From an uncultured Acidimicrobiales bacterium (GTDB lineage: Bacteria > Actinomycetota > Acidimicrobiia > Acidimicrobiales > CAZWDB01): a DNA stretch of 64,000 nt. A program made the position numbers and the translations under genes. The DNA lies in assembly GCA_964632885.1 (NCBI GenBank), contig CAZWDB010000003.1, forward strand, positions 7,445 through 71,444, given 5' to 3'. The notes under the pieces are model-generated. The model was not told where the DNA came from and did not search any database. It saw only the letters and a list, made by a program, of their open reading frames with translations. Positions 36,714 to 47,418 of the stretch are shown in pieces (the stretch's first letter is position 1; every line of letters starts with the position of its first letter).

Positions 36714-38558
36714 ATGCGCATCGACCCCGAGGCGTGGGGCGTCTCCCCGGGCTACCACGACATCGGCGGCACCTGGCGAGAAGCCCCCCAGTCCACGGTG
36801 CGGGCGGTCTTGGAGACGATGGATGCCACCGGACCGATCCCTCCTGCCGGGGTCCCGGTGTGGACCGTGCGAACGAACGAGGAGGCTGTGCACCTCGGCG
36901 GCCGGTGGGAGCTTCATGGCGAGAACGGCGAGTACGAGCGTGTCTCCGGGACGATGCCAGTGCCCCCGCCCGGCTATTACGACCTGCTCAACGAGAACGA
37001 TGGGCGTCGGGTGAGGCTCATCGTCGCTCCCCCCGCGTGCCATCTCCCTCCCGACCTCCGCACCTGGGGATGGGCGGTCCAGCTCTACGCGCTGCGGTCA
37101 CGGCAGAGCTGGGGTATCGGCGACTTCGCCGACCTTCGGCGGCTCGGCGAGTGGTCCTCCGACCACGGCGCCCGGATCGTGCTCGTCAATCCACTGCACG
37201 CGCCGACACCGGTCGCTCCCGTGGAGCCGAGTCCCTACTTCCCGAGCAGCCGGTGCTTCTACAGTCCTCTGTACCTGCGAGTCGAAGAGGTTCCCGGCGC
37301 GGACGAGCTCGGCGACGACCTCCAGCGGGCCGCAGCCGTTGGGCACGCTCTCAACGACAAACGGGAGATCGATCGCGACGAGGTGTGGCGGATCAAGAGC
37401 GAGGTGCTCGAACGGTTGCACGCGCGCTTCACGGGTGCCCCGGAGTTCGACGACTTCTGTGAGACGGCCGGACGTCTGCGGGAGTTCGCGACCTTCTGCG
37501 CGCTAGCCGAGTGGTACGGCCCCGACTGGCGGGAGTGGCCGGAGGACTATCAGCATCCCGACTCGCCCGATGTAACGCGCTACGCCGACTCCGTCGCCGA
37601 CCGGGTGCACTTCCACATGTGGCTGCAGTGGCACCTCGACCGTCAGCTCGCCGCCGCCGGCACCCGCGCCGGGCTCGTTCAGGACCTTGCCATCGGGGTC
37701 GACCCGGCGGGCGCGGACGCGTGGTTGTGGCAGGACCACCTCGCGTTCGACATGAACGTGGGGGCACCACCCGACGCCTTCAACACCCAGGGCCAGGATT
37801 GGGACTTCCCGCCCTTCGACCCGTGGCGCCTCCGCGCCAGCCAGTTCGAGCCGTTCATCCAGACGGTTCGCGCCGGCCTGAGGCACGCCGGCGGCCTCCG
37901 CTTCGACCACGTGATGGGACTGTTCCGCCAGTTCTGGATCCCTCGGAAGGCGCGACCGGCTGCGGGCGTCTACGTGCAGTACCCCTGGGAGGAGCTACTG
38001 CACATCCTCGCCCTCGAGAGCTACCGCGCCGGCGCCTGGATAGTCGGGGAGGATCTCGGAACGGTCGAGCCGTTCGTACGAGAGGAACTCGCCTCCCGCG
38101 ACGTGCTGTCGTACCGGCTCCTCTGGTTCGAGGAAGAGCCACCGGCGAGGTATCCCGAGCACGCCCTCGCGGCGATCACCACCCACGACCTGCCGACGGT
38201 TGGAGGGTTGTGGAACGGTACCGACGTCGAGCGGCAGAAGTCGTTGGGGGTGCGACCGAACGTCGAGGGCATGGCCCGGCTGCGTGAGCGGTTGGGCGAA
38301 CTGGCCGGCGTCGGCGACGACGCGCCGGTCGAGGACGTCACCGTCGGCGCGTATCAGCGGCTTGCCGAGGCTCCCTCGATGGTCGTGGCCGCCACGATCG
38401 AGGATCCACTGGGAGTCGAGGAACGCCCGAACTATCCCGGAACCCTGGTGGATACCAACTGGTCGGTCGCGCTGCCGGTCCCGCTCGAGGAGATCGAGAC
38501 CGACCCGACGGTCGACCGCGTCGCCGCGGCCCTGAACGAGAGGCATCAGGCCCCATGA
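36714..38558 (+). CDS. malQ: 4-alpha-glucanotransferase
   Basis: SWGIGDF, SPYFPSSR, RFDHVMG, GEDLG, TTHDLPT. Confidence 0.93.
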   Translation: MRIDPEAWGVSPGYHDIGGTWREAPQSTVRAVLETMDATGPIPPAGVPVWTVRTNEEAVHLGGRWELHGENGEYERVSGTMPVPPPGYYDLLNENDGRRVRLIVAPPACHLPPDLRTWGWAVQLYALRSRQSWGIGDFADLRRLGEWSSDHGARIVLVNPLHAPTPVAPVEPSPYFPSSRCFYSPLYLRVEEVPGADELGDDLQRAAAVGHALNDKREIDRDEVWRIKSEVLERLHARFTGAPEFDDFCETAGRLREFATFCALAEWYGPDWREWPEDYQHPDSPDVTRYADSVADRVHFHMWLQWHLDRQLAAAGTRAGLVQDLAIGVDPAGADAWLWQDHLAFDMNVGAPPDAFNTQGQDWDFPPFDPWRLRASQFEPFIQTVRAGLRHAGGLRFDHVMGLFRQFWIPRKARPAAGVYVQYPWEELLHILALESYRAGAWIVGEDLGTVEPFVREELASRDVLSYRLLWFEEEPPARYPEHALAAITTHDLPTVGGLWNGTDVERQKSLGVRPNVEGMARLRERLGELAGVGDDAPVEDVTVGAYQRLAEAPSMVVAATIEDPLGVEERPNYPGTLVDTNWSVALPVPLEEIETDPTVDRVAAALNERHQAP

Positions 38559-39625
38559 GGTTGCCGGTCAACCCGCCCGTGTCACCGATGCTCGCCAAAG
38601 CGGTGAAGGCCATGCCGGATGGCGATGACATGCTCTATGAGCCCAAGTGGGACGGCTTTCGCTGCATCGTCTTCCGCGACGGCGACGAGATCGAACTCGG
38701 CAGCAGGAACGGACGCCCCCTCACCCGGTACTTCCCCGAAGTCGTCGAAGCGATCCGCGGCCAGTTTCCAACCCGGGTCGTCATCGACGGGGAGTTGGTG
38801 ATCGTGTCGGCCGACGGGCTCGACTTCGACGCGCTGCAGCTCCGCCTGCATCCCGCCGCGTCCCGCGTGCAGAAGCTCGCCGCTGAAATCCCCGCGAGCT
38901 TCGTGGCTTTCGACCTGCTCGGCCTCGGCGACGACGATGCCAGGACCTTGCCGCTCCGCGACCGCCACAAGCTGCTCGTCGACCTCCTCTCGAATGTCGA
39001 ACCTCCGCTCTACGTCTCGCCCGCGACGACCGACTTCGACCAGGCAGTCGACTGGTTCAACCGCTTTGAGGGAGCCGGATTCGACGGCGTGATCGCCAAG
39101 CGGCTGGCCGATCCGTACAAGGAGGGAGAGCGGATCCAGTTCAAGGTTAAGCACGAACGGACCGCCGACTGTGTGGTCGCCGGCTTTCGCTGGCACAAGA
39201 GCGGGGGTGTGATCGGGTCGCTGCTCCTCGGTCTGCACGACGGCGACGGCAGGTTGCATCACGTCGGCGTCTGTGGCGCCTTCTCGAATGCGCGCCGGAA
39301 GGAGATGGTCGACGAACTGGCGGTTTATCGGGATGACGCGCTCGAGGGGCACCCCTGGCGCGACTGGGCTGAGGCCGCCGCCCATGAGAAGGGCCAGAGG
39401 CTGCCCGGTGGTCAGAGCCGCTGGAACGCGGGCAAGGACATGAGTTGGGAACCGCTCCGGCCCGAGCTGGTCTGCGAGGTCGCTTACGACCACCTGCAGG
39501 GCGATCGGTTCCGCCATGCTGCTCAGTTCCGTCGCTGGCGGCCCGATCGTGACGCCGCCTCCTGCAAGTATGACCAACTCGAGGCCATCCCCCCGCGCGA
39601 ACTGGCCGAGATCTTCCGAACTTGA
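38555..39625 (+). CDS. ligC: ATP-dependent DNA ligase (LigC-like)
   Basis: EPKWDGFR, DGEL, DGVIAK, RWRPDR. Confidence 0.88.
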   Translation: MRLPVNPPVSPMLAKAVKAMPDGDDMLYEPKWDGFRCIVFRDGDEIELGSRNGRPLTRYFPEVVEAIRGQFPTRVVIDGELVIVSADGLDFDALQLRLHPAASRVQKLAAEIPASFVAFDLLGLGDDDARTLPLRDRHKLLVDLLSNVEPPLYVSPATTDFDQAVDWFNRFEGAGFDGVIAKRLADPYKEGERIQFKVKHERTADCVVAGFRWHKSGGVIGSLLLGLHDGDGRLHHVGVCGAFSNARRKEMVDELAVYRDDALEGHPWRDWAEAAAHEKGQRLPGGQSRWNAGKDMSWEPLRPELVCEVAYDHLQGDRFRHAAQFRRWRPDRDAASCKYDQLEAIPPRELAEIFRT

Positions 39626-39667
39626 GGCAATAACGAACGGAATCCGTTCGTTATTGCCTCAAGTTCG
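39617..39667. repeat. 51-bp palindromic element, copy 2 (supplies ligase stop)
   Basis: Same arms; inner GAACGG-AAT-CCGTTC. Confidence 0.9.
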
Positions 39668-39689
39668 CCGGTCGGGAGGGTCAGGAGGG

Positions 39690-41303
39690 TCAGGAGGGGG
39701 ACGAGGCGACCGCCTCGTCCTTCCAACGCTTGTAGTCGACCTTGCCGTTGGGCGCGCGCTCGATCGAAGGCACCAGGATCACCCGCTTGGGCGCCTTGAA
39801 AGCGGCGAGACGCGACCGTACGTGCCCGATCACCTCGTCGGAGCCGAGGCTGTCTTCGGCGCCGGCGTGCGCTTCGACGACGGCGACGATCGCTTCGCCC
39901 CACTTCTCGTCTGGCACACCCACGACGACGGCGTCGCGGATTCCCGCGTGTTCCTTCAGGACCTCTTCGACCTCTTCGGGGTACACCTTCTCGCCGCCGG
40001 TGTTGATGCATTGCGAGCCGCGGCCGAGGAGCTTGAGGGTTCCGTCGGCCTCGACCGTCGCGTAGTCGCCCGGGATCGAGTAGCGCTCGCCGTCGACGAC
40101 CCGGAACGTGCGCTCGGTCTTCTCCGGGTCCTTGTAATAGCCGACCGGCTGGCGCCCTTTCACCGCCACCATGCCGATCTCGCCCGAGCCCGGCTCGACC
40201 TGGCTGCCGTCGTCGGTGATGACGCGTGCGTTCGCGCCCAGCTGGAACTTCGCGGTCTTGGACTGGCCGCCCGCGCTCGACACCGAGCTTCCGAGCCCGA
40301 GCGCTTCGGACGAGGAGAACTGGTCGGCGAGCAACATGCCGCTGTGGTGCTTGAGGAGCCCCTGCTTCGTGGCTTCGCTCCACATCACGCCGGAGGAGAT
40401 CATTACCTTGAGCGACGAGATGTCCCAGCGGCCCGGGCTGGCGTCGAGGGCTCTGAGCATCGGCTTGGCGAAGGCGTCGCCGACGATCGCGATCGAGTTG
40501 ACCTTCTCCCGCTCGATGGCGTCAAGCAGTTCCTCGGCGTCGAAGTGCCGGCTCGGCAGGGTGACGATGGAGCCGCCGCCGAATAGCGCGCCGAAGGAGC
40601 TGAAGGCGCCGGTGCCATGCATGAGCGGGCAGGCGGGGAGCCCGACGTTGCCAGGTGCCGTGACCCGCTCCGCTACGAGGGCGAGGTCCTGGTCGGGTGG
40701 ATAGGCGCCGCCGAGCGAGGCCGACAGCGTCTGGAAGAGGTCGTCCTGACGCCACATCACGCCTTTAGGCATGCCGGTGGTGCCGCCCGTGTAGAGCATG
40801 TAGATGTCGTCACCGTCGCGGCCCCACGGTGGCGAGGTACGACCGGGGTTCGATCCCGCGACGGCCTCGTAGGAGTCGGCCCACTCTGGGCACGGGCCCG
40901 AGCCGTCGTCGACCCAGAGCCAGCCCTTGATGTTCGGCAGCTTTCCGCGCAAGGTCTCGATGCGGTCGGCGAATGAGCCGTGGAAGACGACTGCGACCGC
41001 ATCCGCGTTGTCCCACAGGTAGATCAGCTCGTCGTCTGCATACCGGTAGTTGGTGTTGACCGGCACCAGCGAGGCCTTCATGATCCCGAACAGCGACTCG
41101 AGGTATTCGGGCACGTTGTAGAGGTACTGGGCCACCTTGTCCTGCTTCTCCACGCCAAGGTCGAGCAGCCAGCGGGCGACACCGTCGGCCCGTTGGTCGA
41201 ACGCGCTCCAGGCGACTCGCCGGTCGCCATGCACCAGGGCGGGCGCGTCGGGAATCTGCTCGGCGATCGTCTCCCAGACGTCGGCGAAGTTCCATCCGGA
41301 CAC
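39690..41303 (-). CDS. Acyl-CoA synthetase (FadD19-like)
   Basis: YTGGTTGMPKG, GEKVYPEEVE, NGKVD. Confidence 0.9.
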   Translation of the reverse strand: MSGWNFADVWETIAEQIPDAPALVHGDRRVAWSAFDQRADGVARWLLDLGVEKQDKVAQYLYNVPEYLESLFGIMKASLVPVNTNYRYADDELIYLWDNADAVAVVFHGSFADRIETLRGKLPNIKGWLWVDDGSGPCPEWADSYEAVAGSNPGRTSPPWGRDGDDIYMLYTGGTTGMPKGVMWRQDDLFQTLSASLGGAYPPDQDLALVAERVTAPGNVGLPACPLMHGTGAFSSFGALFGGGSIVTLPSRHFDAEELLDAIEREKVNSIAIVGDAFAKPMLRALDASPGRWDISSLKVMISSGVMWSEATKQGLLKHHSGMLLADQFSSSEALGLGSSVSSAGGQSKTAKFQLGANARVITDDGSQVEPGSGEIGMVAVKGRQPVGYYKDPEKTERTFRVVDGERYSIPGDYATVEADGTLKLLGRGSQCINTGGEKVYPEEVEEVLKEHAGIRDAVVVGVPDEKWGEAIVAVVEAHAGAEDSLGSDEVIGHVRSRLAAFKAPKRVILVPSIERAPNGKVDYKRWKDEAVASSPS

Positions 41304-41389
41304 AGCTACCCCCAAGAGTCGTTTGCGGTCGTGCGTCAGTCTACGGACGGGACCCTGCCCACATCCCACTCCACGTAGGATGCAGCGCG

Positions 41390-42571
41390 ATGGACTTCGA
41401 TCTCCCGGGTGACGATGATCCGCGGCGGCTCGAGGTGCGCGAGTGGCTGGCGGCCAACCCGAGCCCGTCCGGCCGCCAGCTGGCCGAGGCGGGACTCGTC
41501 GCGCCCCACTGGCCCCGGCCGTGGGGCCTCGACGCCGACCCGATCCACCAGCTGATCATCGACGACGAGTTGCGGCGTGCCGGTGTCAGCCGCCCGGGCA
41601 ATGTCATCGGCATCGGCTGGGCAGGTCCGACCCTCATCCACGCCGGCACCGAGGAACAGAAGCAGCGCTATCTGTTCCCACTGCTCGCCGGGGAGGAGAT
41701 CTGGTGCCAGCTGTTCAGTGAGCCCGGTGCGGGCTCCGATCTGGCCAACCTCGCGACCCGCGCTGTCCGCGATGGCGACACCTACGTAATCAACGGGCAG
41801 AAGATCTGGACCTCCGTCGCCCACAACGCCGCCTTCGGCATCCTGATCGCCCGCACCGACCCCGACGCACCCAAACACAAGGGCATCTCCTACTTCATCT
41901 GTCCCATGGACACGCCCGGGATCGAGGTCCGGCCGATCATCGAGATGACGGGGAGTCACACCTTCAACGAAGTCTTCTTCACCGACGTCCGCATACCGGC
42001 GGAGAACCTCGTGGGCGACGAGCACGAGGGCTGGACCCTCGCCAAGGTCACCCTGGGAAACGAGCGGGTGTCACTTTCGCGGGAGGGCGCGCTGTGGGGT
42101 CGCGGTCCGACCGCGCACACCTTGATCGACGTCGTGAAAGAGCACGGTGGCATCGCGGATCTACCCTTCCGCCAACGGCTCGCCCAGCTCTACATCGAGG
42201 CCGAGATCTTGCGCCTGATCCGACTTCGCACCGTGTCAGCTCAGGTCAAGGGCCAGCAGCCCGGAGCCGAGGCATCGGTTCGAAAGGCGCTGGCCGACGA
42301 GCATGGTCAGCACATCATGAACCTCGCCAAGGACCTGGCCGGCGCGGGCGGGATGGTCGCCGGCACGGGCCCCCTCGGTAGCCGCGACCCGCAGTGGCAC
42401 TACGGCTTTCTCTTCTCGGCGGCTCTCACCGTCGGCGGCGGGACGTCAGAGGTGCAGCGCAACATCGTGGCCGAGCGGGTTCTCGGACTGCCCCACGACA
42501 TCGATGTGGAAGCTGGTCAGACGTGGTCCGACGCCCAGCGCCATGGCGTCCCTACGACCGCTCGCGGGTAG
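41390..42571 (+). CDS. Acyl-CoA dehydrogenase
   Basis: FSEPGAGSDL, NGQKIWTS, GGTSEVQR. Confidence 0.92.
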   Translation: MDFDLPGDDDPRRLEVREWLAANPSPSGRQLAEAGLVAPHWPRPWGLDADPIHQLIIDDELRRAGVSRPGNVIGIGWAGPTLIHAGTEEQKQRYLFPLLAGEEIWCQLFSEPGAGSDLANLATRAVRDGDTYVINGQKIWTSVAHNAAFGILIARTDPDAPKHKGISYFICPMDTPGIEVRPIIEMTGSHTFNEVFFTDVRIPAENLVGDEHEGWTLAKVTLGNERVSLSREGALWGRGPTAHTLIDVVKEHGGIADLPFRQRLAQLYIEAEILRLIRLRTVSAQVKGQQPGAEASVRKALADEHGQHIMNLAKDLAGAGGMVAGTGPLGSRDPQWHYGFLFSAALTVGGGTSEVQRNIVAERVLGLPHDIDVEAGQTWSDAQRHGVPTTARG

Positions 42572-43719
42572 TCCTCGAGTAGCCAGCGGCTGAAGTTGCG
42601 CCGCGTCCATCCACTGAGGCCCGCGATCCGCAGCACCCGCTCGGCCCGCGCCGGCGATGAGAGCACCTGCGACAGCGCCCCGGCCAGCTGGTTGTCGAGG
42701 CGGATGCTGCGGCCGACGTCAGCCGCGTAGCGTCTGGCCGCACCAGCCGGGTCGGCGGGTCCGGCTCGCAGGATCGCGATGCCGGCCGCGGCTCCCGACT
42801 CCAGCGCCTGGCCGATGCCCTCGCCCGTCATCGGGTCCGCGAGCCGGGCCGCGTCGCCGGCAAACAGCGCTCGTCCGCCGCCAGCGGAGAGGAGTTCGCG
42901 GTCGAGGTGACAGGGGATCGGCCACGCTTTGTGGGGCGCTTCCGGTTCGCAGTCCGGTCCGAGGACCGACGCCACGTGGGGCCGGCTCAGCACCTCCGGC
43001 CACATCTGCTTCATGGCGCCAGTAGCGGTGTCGCCCCGTAGGAGACCGAAGCCCACGTTGGCGCGGCCATCGGGCAAGGGGAATGACCAGACGTAGCCGG
43101 GCACGATGTCGGGCTCGAACCAGACCCACATTGTCGTCCGGGCGTCGTCGCCGACGTGGCGGAAGTACTGACGGAATGCGTGCCATGTGCCGAGAAAAGG
43201 TTTCTCCGCACGAGAAGGCTCCGGCGCGAGCGCTTTCCGGAGCGGAGACCACATGCCGTCGGCACCGATCGCGAAGTGGGCGCGGAGAGGTCCAAGACCC
43301 TCCACGTCGATCTGTACGGTGCCGTCTTCGACGCGCGCGCCATTCAGCGCGTGGCCCTCGTGGACCTTCACCCCTGCGGCTCGAGCGACGTCGAGGAACG
43401 CGGCGTCGAGGTCGGACCTGCGCGCGATCCCCGTTGGAGGCAAGGGGAGCCGGTATGCCCGGCCGGCGGGCGAGCGCAGGACCGCCTCACCAACGGACTG
43501 CCACGACAGCACGTCGCGAGGCTGCAATCCGAGCGCCTCGTACCGTCGCACGGCGGCGGTGGTGACACCGTCTCCGCAGCACTTGTCGCGTGGGAACACC
43601 GCTTTGTCGACCAGCACGACGTCGCGTCCCGCTCGAGCCAGCGTCACGGCGGCAGCCACCCCGGCCGGTCCACCGCCGATGACGGCTACGTCGATCGTGT
43701 CGGCACGGGGACTGATCAC
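42517..43719 (-). CDS. Geranylgeranyl reductase-family FAD oxidoreductase
   Basis: GGGPAG, FPRDKCCGDG, GDAA..DPMTGEGI. Confidence 0.88.
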   Translation of the reverse strand: MISPRADTIDVAVIGGGPAGVAAAVTLARAGRDVVLVDKAVFPRDKCCGDGVTTAAVRRYEALGLQPRDVLSWQSVGEAVLRSPAGRAYRLPLPPTGIARRSDLDAAFLDVARAAGVKVHEGHALNGARVEDGTVQIDVEGLGPLRAHFAIGADGMWSPLRKALAPEPSRAEKPFLGTWHAFRQYFRHVGDDARTTMWVWFEPDIVPGYVWSFPLPDGRANVGFGLLRGDTATGAMKQMWPEVLSRPHVASVLGPDCEPEAPHKAWPIPCHLDRELLSAGGGRALFAGDAARLADPMTGEGIGQALESGAAAGIAILRAGPADPAGAARRYAADVGRSIRLDNQLAGALSQVLSSPARAERVLRIAGLSGWTRRNFSRWLLEDYPRAVVGTPWRWASDHV

Positions 43720-44621
43720 TGCAGTGGTTTGTCGAGAAGGTCGCGGAAGGCCGCTTCGAGGTCGGCGTGGTGAAACTGGTAACCGGTCGCCTTCGCTTGA
43801 GCGCACTCGACTCTCTGGGACGACAGGATGTCGTCTCCGAAGTCTCGTCCCACTATCGCCCACAGCGCCGCGCGCGGAACTGGCGTCACCGCGGGCCTCC
43901 GTAACACACGCCCCAGTGTCCGCGTGAACTCGCGGTTGGTCACGGGATGAGGGGCGGTGCCGTTCAGAGCACCTCGCACTTCGTCGTTCGTCAGCGCGTG
44001 TTCGATCAGACCGACTTCGTCGTCGATCGCGATCCAGCTCCACCACTGGTGTCCGGATGCCAGCCGGCCGCCGACACCGAAGCGGAAGAACGGGAGCAGC
44101 CGGCCCATGAGCCCGTCCGAGCCGCTGAGCACCAGCCCGGTACGTAGGAGTACCACCCGCACGCCCGCTTCCGACGCCGGGACGGTCGCGGCCTCCCACT
44201 CGCGGCAGAGCCCGGCCAAGAAGCCGCGGCCCGATGAACTGACCTCGGTGAGCACCTCGTTCCCGCGGTCGCCGTAGTAGCCGATCGCGGAGGCGTTAAT
44301 GAGGACCTCGGGGGGCTGTTCGAGTCCCGCGAGCGTCTCCGCCAGTAGGCGGGTTCCCCGAACGCGGCTATCGCGAACCTCCTGCTTGACCTTCTCGGTG
44401 CCGCGTTGGTCACCGATGCTCTTACCCGCCAGGTTCACGACCGCCTGCACGCCCTCGAAGCCGCTGGCGTCGATCGTGCCGGCCGCCGGGTCCCACGGGA
44501 TCTCGCCCGGCGTTTTGGCCTCGCGTCGAACTACTCGGATCGTCTCGTGGCCCCGTGCCTCGAGGTCGGCAACGAGAGCGGAGCCGATCAGTCCTGACGA
44601 CCCCGTGACTGCCACGCGCAC
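43716..44621 (-). CDS. TIGR01777-family NAD-dependent epimerase
   Basis: VTGSSGLIG, SAIGYYG, CREWE. Confidence 0.9.
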   Translation of the reverse strand: MRVAVTGSSGLIGSALVADLEARGHETIRVVRREAKTPGEIPWDPAAGTIDASGFEGVQAVVNLAGKSIGDQRGTEKVKQEVRDSRVRGTRLLAETLAGLEQPPEVLINASAIGYYGDRGNEVLTEVSSSGRGFLAGLCREWEAATVPASEAGVRVVLLRTGLVLSGSDGLMGRLLPFFRFGVGGRLASGHQWWSWIAIDDEVGLIEHALTNDEVRGALNGTAPHPVTNREFTRTLGRVLRRPAVTPVPRAALWAIVGRDFGDDILSSQRVECAQAKATGYQFHHADLEAAFRDLLDKPLQ

Positions 44622-44649
44622 AGCGCCACGTTAACCCCGAAGTCGGTGT

Positions 44650-46290
44650 TCAGCAGTTGACGCCCTCCTTCGGGCGGTAGGTCGCGAAAACGTGGTCGAC
44701 CTCGACGCGGCCGTCCTCGTAGGTGCGGGTGCGTTCGGTACGGACGCGGGTGCAGTTGCCGCGTCGTCCGGTCGTCTGGCCCGTCTGATCCCCCGTGGCG
44801 TACTTCGTGGAGTAGAGCGACACCCGGATCGACGTCGAGGTGTAGCTCGGCCAGATCAGCACACCGTACGGCGTGGAGTTCTTGATCTTGAGGTCTGGCT
44901 TGGGGAAGGAGAGCGTTGCCTCCCGGCCGTACGGGTAGCGGCTGATGTAGATGCTGTGCGCCTGGTACTCGTCGAAGTCGAGACCGGCAAAGAACGCCGC
45001 GTTGAACAACGTGGTCGCGAACTGCGAAATACCTCCGCCCACCGACTCGCTGAAGTGTCCATCCTCGATCACAGGGGCGGAGACGAACCCCTTTTCACGA
45101 GTGCGCCGGCCGACGAAGTCGTTCACCGAGAACGACTCGCCCGGTTCGATGATCTGGCCCCGGATCAGATCCGCGATGTGGTGGATGTTCTTCACTCGCG
45201 GCTGTCCCGCGGGATGGTTGGTCGCGAAGGTCGCTACCTGCTCGGCGATGCCGAGGGCGAGCGCTTCTTCTTCGGTCCGCTCGGGTGGCACCTCCTTCAG
45301 AGGTAGACGGATCTCACCGGGACCCGGGTTGAAGACCGCTTGTTGGAGCGCGCGCACCGCCGTGTCCGCGCAGCACGTCGTTCCCGGTACGCCCGGTACC
45401 AGCTGTACCGTGCCGTTGACGATGTCGAAGGTCGTCTCCTTCGGCGGCTGTCCCGCCTCACCCAAGAGCTCGGCGACGTCGCCGACGGCGTGGTCGCCGT
45501 CGATCGTGAGGCGCAGCTCGCCCCGGGAGTTGACTTCCGTCGTCACCCATGAACGCACCATGGGAAGGGGAACGGATGCCTTGGCGGTTCCCGCCTGAAC
45601 GGGGATCGGATCGATGACCCTCGCCTGCGCGTCGCCCGCCAGCCGTTCCGCCGCCGTGATCGGGATTCTCGGTGGGATCTCACCGCGGTCTACCTCGACG
45701 ACGACGGGGAGGCCCTTGGCAACCGCATCCGGAAGCCGGTCGATCACCTCGCGGTAGTCGATCCCGGTGCCCGGCTTGCCCTCGACCGCCACGAAGGCGC
45801 CGTCCTCGTACCTGACGGTCGGCTCCCTGGGTGACTCTCGCGGGCCGGGATCTAGGGCGAGCACGGTGTCATGGACGCTGGCTGTCTTCACCGAGATCCG
45901 GACCGGCGCCTGGCGGGGCCGGACGAACGACAGCGCCCAGCCCCAGACGCGCGCCGGGCCCGATCCGCTGCGGCCAACGCGGAGGGCGGCCCTCATGGTG
46001 TCGTCGGGCACCAGCGAGACACCGAGCGCGCTGGTGTCGGTTTTGAACCCTCCTCGCGGTGCCTCGACGCGCACGGGCGCCTCTTCGAATGCCGCCGCGA
46101 CCTCCTCCACCTTCGCCGCGAGGGCGGACGCGTGCATGCCGCCGATGTCGTGGCCCGCGAGCCGCACGTTCCGGGCGACGGTGTCCTCGGCGCTCGACGA
46201 CAGTCCCCAGGCCGCGACGAAGCCCGCAGCCAGCAGGAGTACCACGGAAAACCCCAGTACGCCGCCGCGGTTACGGAGAAGTGACATCCA
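44650..46290 (-). CDS. VanW-family exported protein
   Basis: N-terminal TM; GGGISQFATTLFNA, SRYPYGREAT; start uncertain. Confidence 0.85.
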   Translation of the reverse strand, partial: WMSLLRNRGGVLGFSVVLLLAAGFVAAWGLSSSAEDTVARNVRLAGHDIGGMHASALAAKVEEVAAAFEEAPVRVEAPRGGFKTDTSALGVSLVPDDTMRAALRVGRSGSGPARVWGWALSFVRPRQAPVRISVKTASVHDTVLALDPGPRESPREPTVRYEDGAFVAVEGKPGTGIDYREVIDRLPDAVAKGLPVVVEVDRGEIPPRIPITAAERLAGDAQARVIDPIPVQAGTAKASVPLPMVRSWVTTEVNSRGELRLTIDGDHAVGDVAELLGEAGQPPKETTFDIVNGTVQLVPGVPGTTCCADTAVRALQQAVFNPGPGEIRLPLKEVPPERTEEEALALGIAEQVATFATNHPAGQPRVKNIHHIADLIRGQIIEPGESFSVNDFVGRRTREKGFVSAPVIEDGHFSESVGGGISQFATTLFNAAFFAGLDFDEYQAHSIYISRYPYGREATLSFPKPDLKIKNSTPYGVLIWPSYTSTSIRVSLYSTKYATGDQTGQTTGRRGNCTRVRTERTRTYEDGRVEVDHVFATYRPKEGVNC

Positions 46291-46386
46291 CTGCATTAGG
46301 TCGGATAACGATATGGCGCCAGGTCGGGAAACTGGTCGCGGTGGGCGTCTCGTCCGCCCCGTGCCGGAGGTCACTAACCTGCGAGC

Positions 46387-47355
46387 ATGCGCACACGGTT
46401 AACCGACGTCCTCGACATCGAGCACCCGGTAATGCTCGCCGGAATGGGCGGCGTCTCCTACCACGGCCTCGTAGCGGCCGTTTCCGAAGCGGGCGGGTTC
46501 GGCTGCCTCGGTGCCTCCACGATGGGGGCCGAGATGGTTCCCGAGATCCGGGCGACCAAGGCACTTACATCGAAGCCCTTCGGCGTCGACCTTCTCACCG
46601 CCTCGGCCCGGGACCTCTCGACCCAGGTCCGTCAGATCATCGACGAAGGGTGCAAGGTGTTCGTCGCCGGTCTGGGCGTTCCCCGTGACGTGATCGATCT
46701 CTGCCACAAGCACGGTGTGCTGGTTATCAACATGTGCGGCAAGGTGCGCCACGCTCTTGCAGCGGTCGAGGCCGGATGCGACATCGTGGTGGCGCAGGGA
46801 ACCGAGGCAGGTGGCCATACCGGCCAGGTCGCCACCATGCCGCTGGTTCCCCAGATCGTCGATGCCGTCGGCGACAAGGTGCCGGTCGTCGCCGCGGGTG
46901 GCATTTTCGACGGCCGTGGCTTGGCCGCCGCCCTTGCCCTCGGAGCCGACGGCATCTGGGTCGGCACCCGTTTCATCGCCACGCCGGAGGCGCGTTCGGT
47001 GCCCGGCTACAAGCAGAAGCTGGTCGAGATCCCCGAGGACGGCACGGTGATCAGCCGCGCGTACACCGGCAAGACCTGTCGGGTCGTCCGGAACGACTAC
47101 ACCCAGTATTTCGAGGAGCACCCCGACGAGCTGCAGCCGTTTCCCATGCAGGTCGGGCGGGCTTCCCAAGACGGGGCATTCCATCTCGGAGGAGACGAGT
47201 CCACCGAGGTCGACGCGGCGCGCGAGTTCATGCCGGCGGGGCAGGGCGCGGGCGCGATCCACGACCTCGTCCCCGCGGGCGAGCTGGTTCGCCGGTTCGT
47301 CGCGGAGGCGGAGGAGATGATCGACCGGCTGTCGGGGATGCGCACTCCAGCTTGA
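46387..47355 (+). CDS. Nitronate monooxygenase / FabK-family flavoenzyme
   Basis: QGTEAGGH, AAGGIFDGRG, GTRF. Confidence 0.9.
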   Translation: MRTRLTDVLDIEHPVMLAGMGGVSYHGLVAAVSEAGGFGCLGASTMGAEMVPEIRATKALTSKPFGVDLLTASARDLSTQVRQIIDEGCKVFVAGLGVPRDVIDLCHKHGVLVINMCGKVRHALAAVEAGCDIVVAQGTEAGGHTGQVATMPLVPQIVDAVGDKVPVVAAGGIFDGRGLAAALALGADGIWVGTRFIATPEARSVPGYKQKLVEIPEDGTVISRAYTGKTCRVVRNDYTQYFEEHPDELQPFPMQVGRASQDGAFHLGGDESTEVDAAREFMPAGQGAGAIHDLVPAGELVRRFVAEAEEMIDRLSGMRTPA

Positions 47356-47418
47356 GAGACCCTGATGTCATGAGGCGGCTGCCGCCGCGCTGAGCAGGCA
47401 ACGAGGAGGGACCAACGC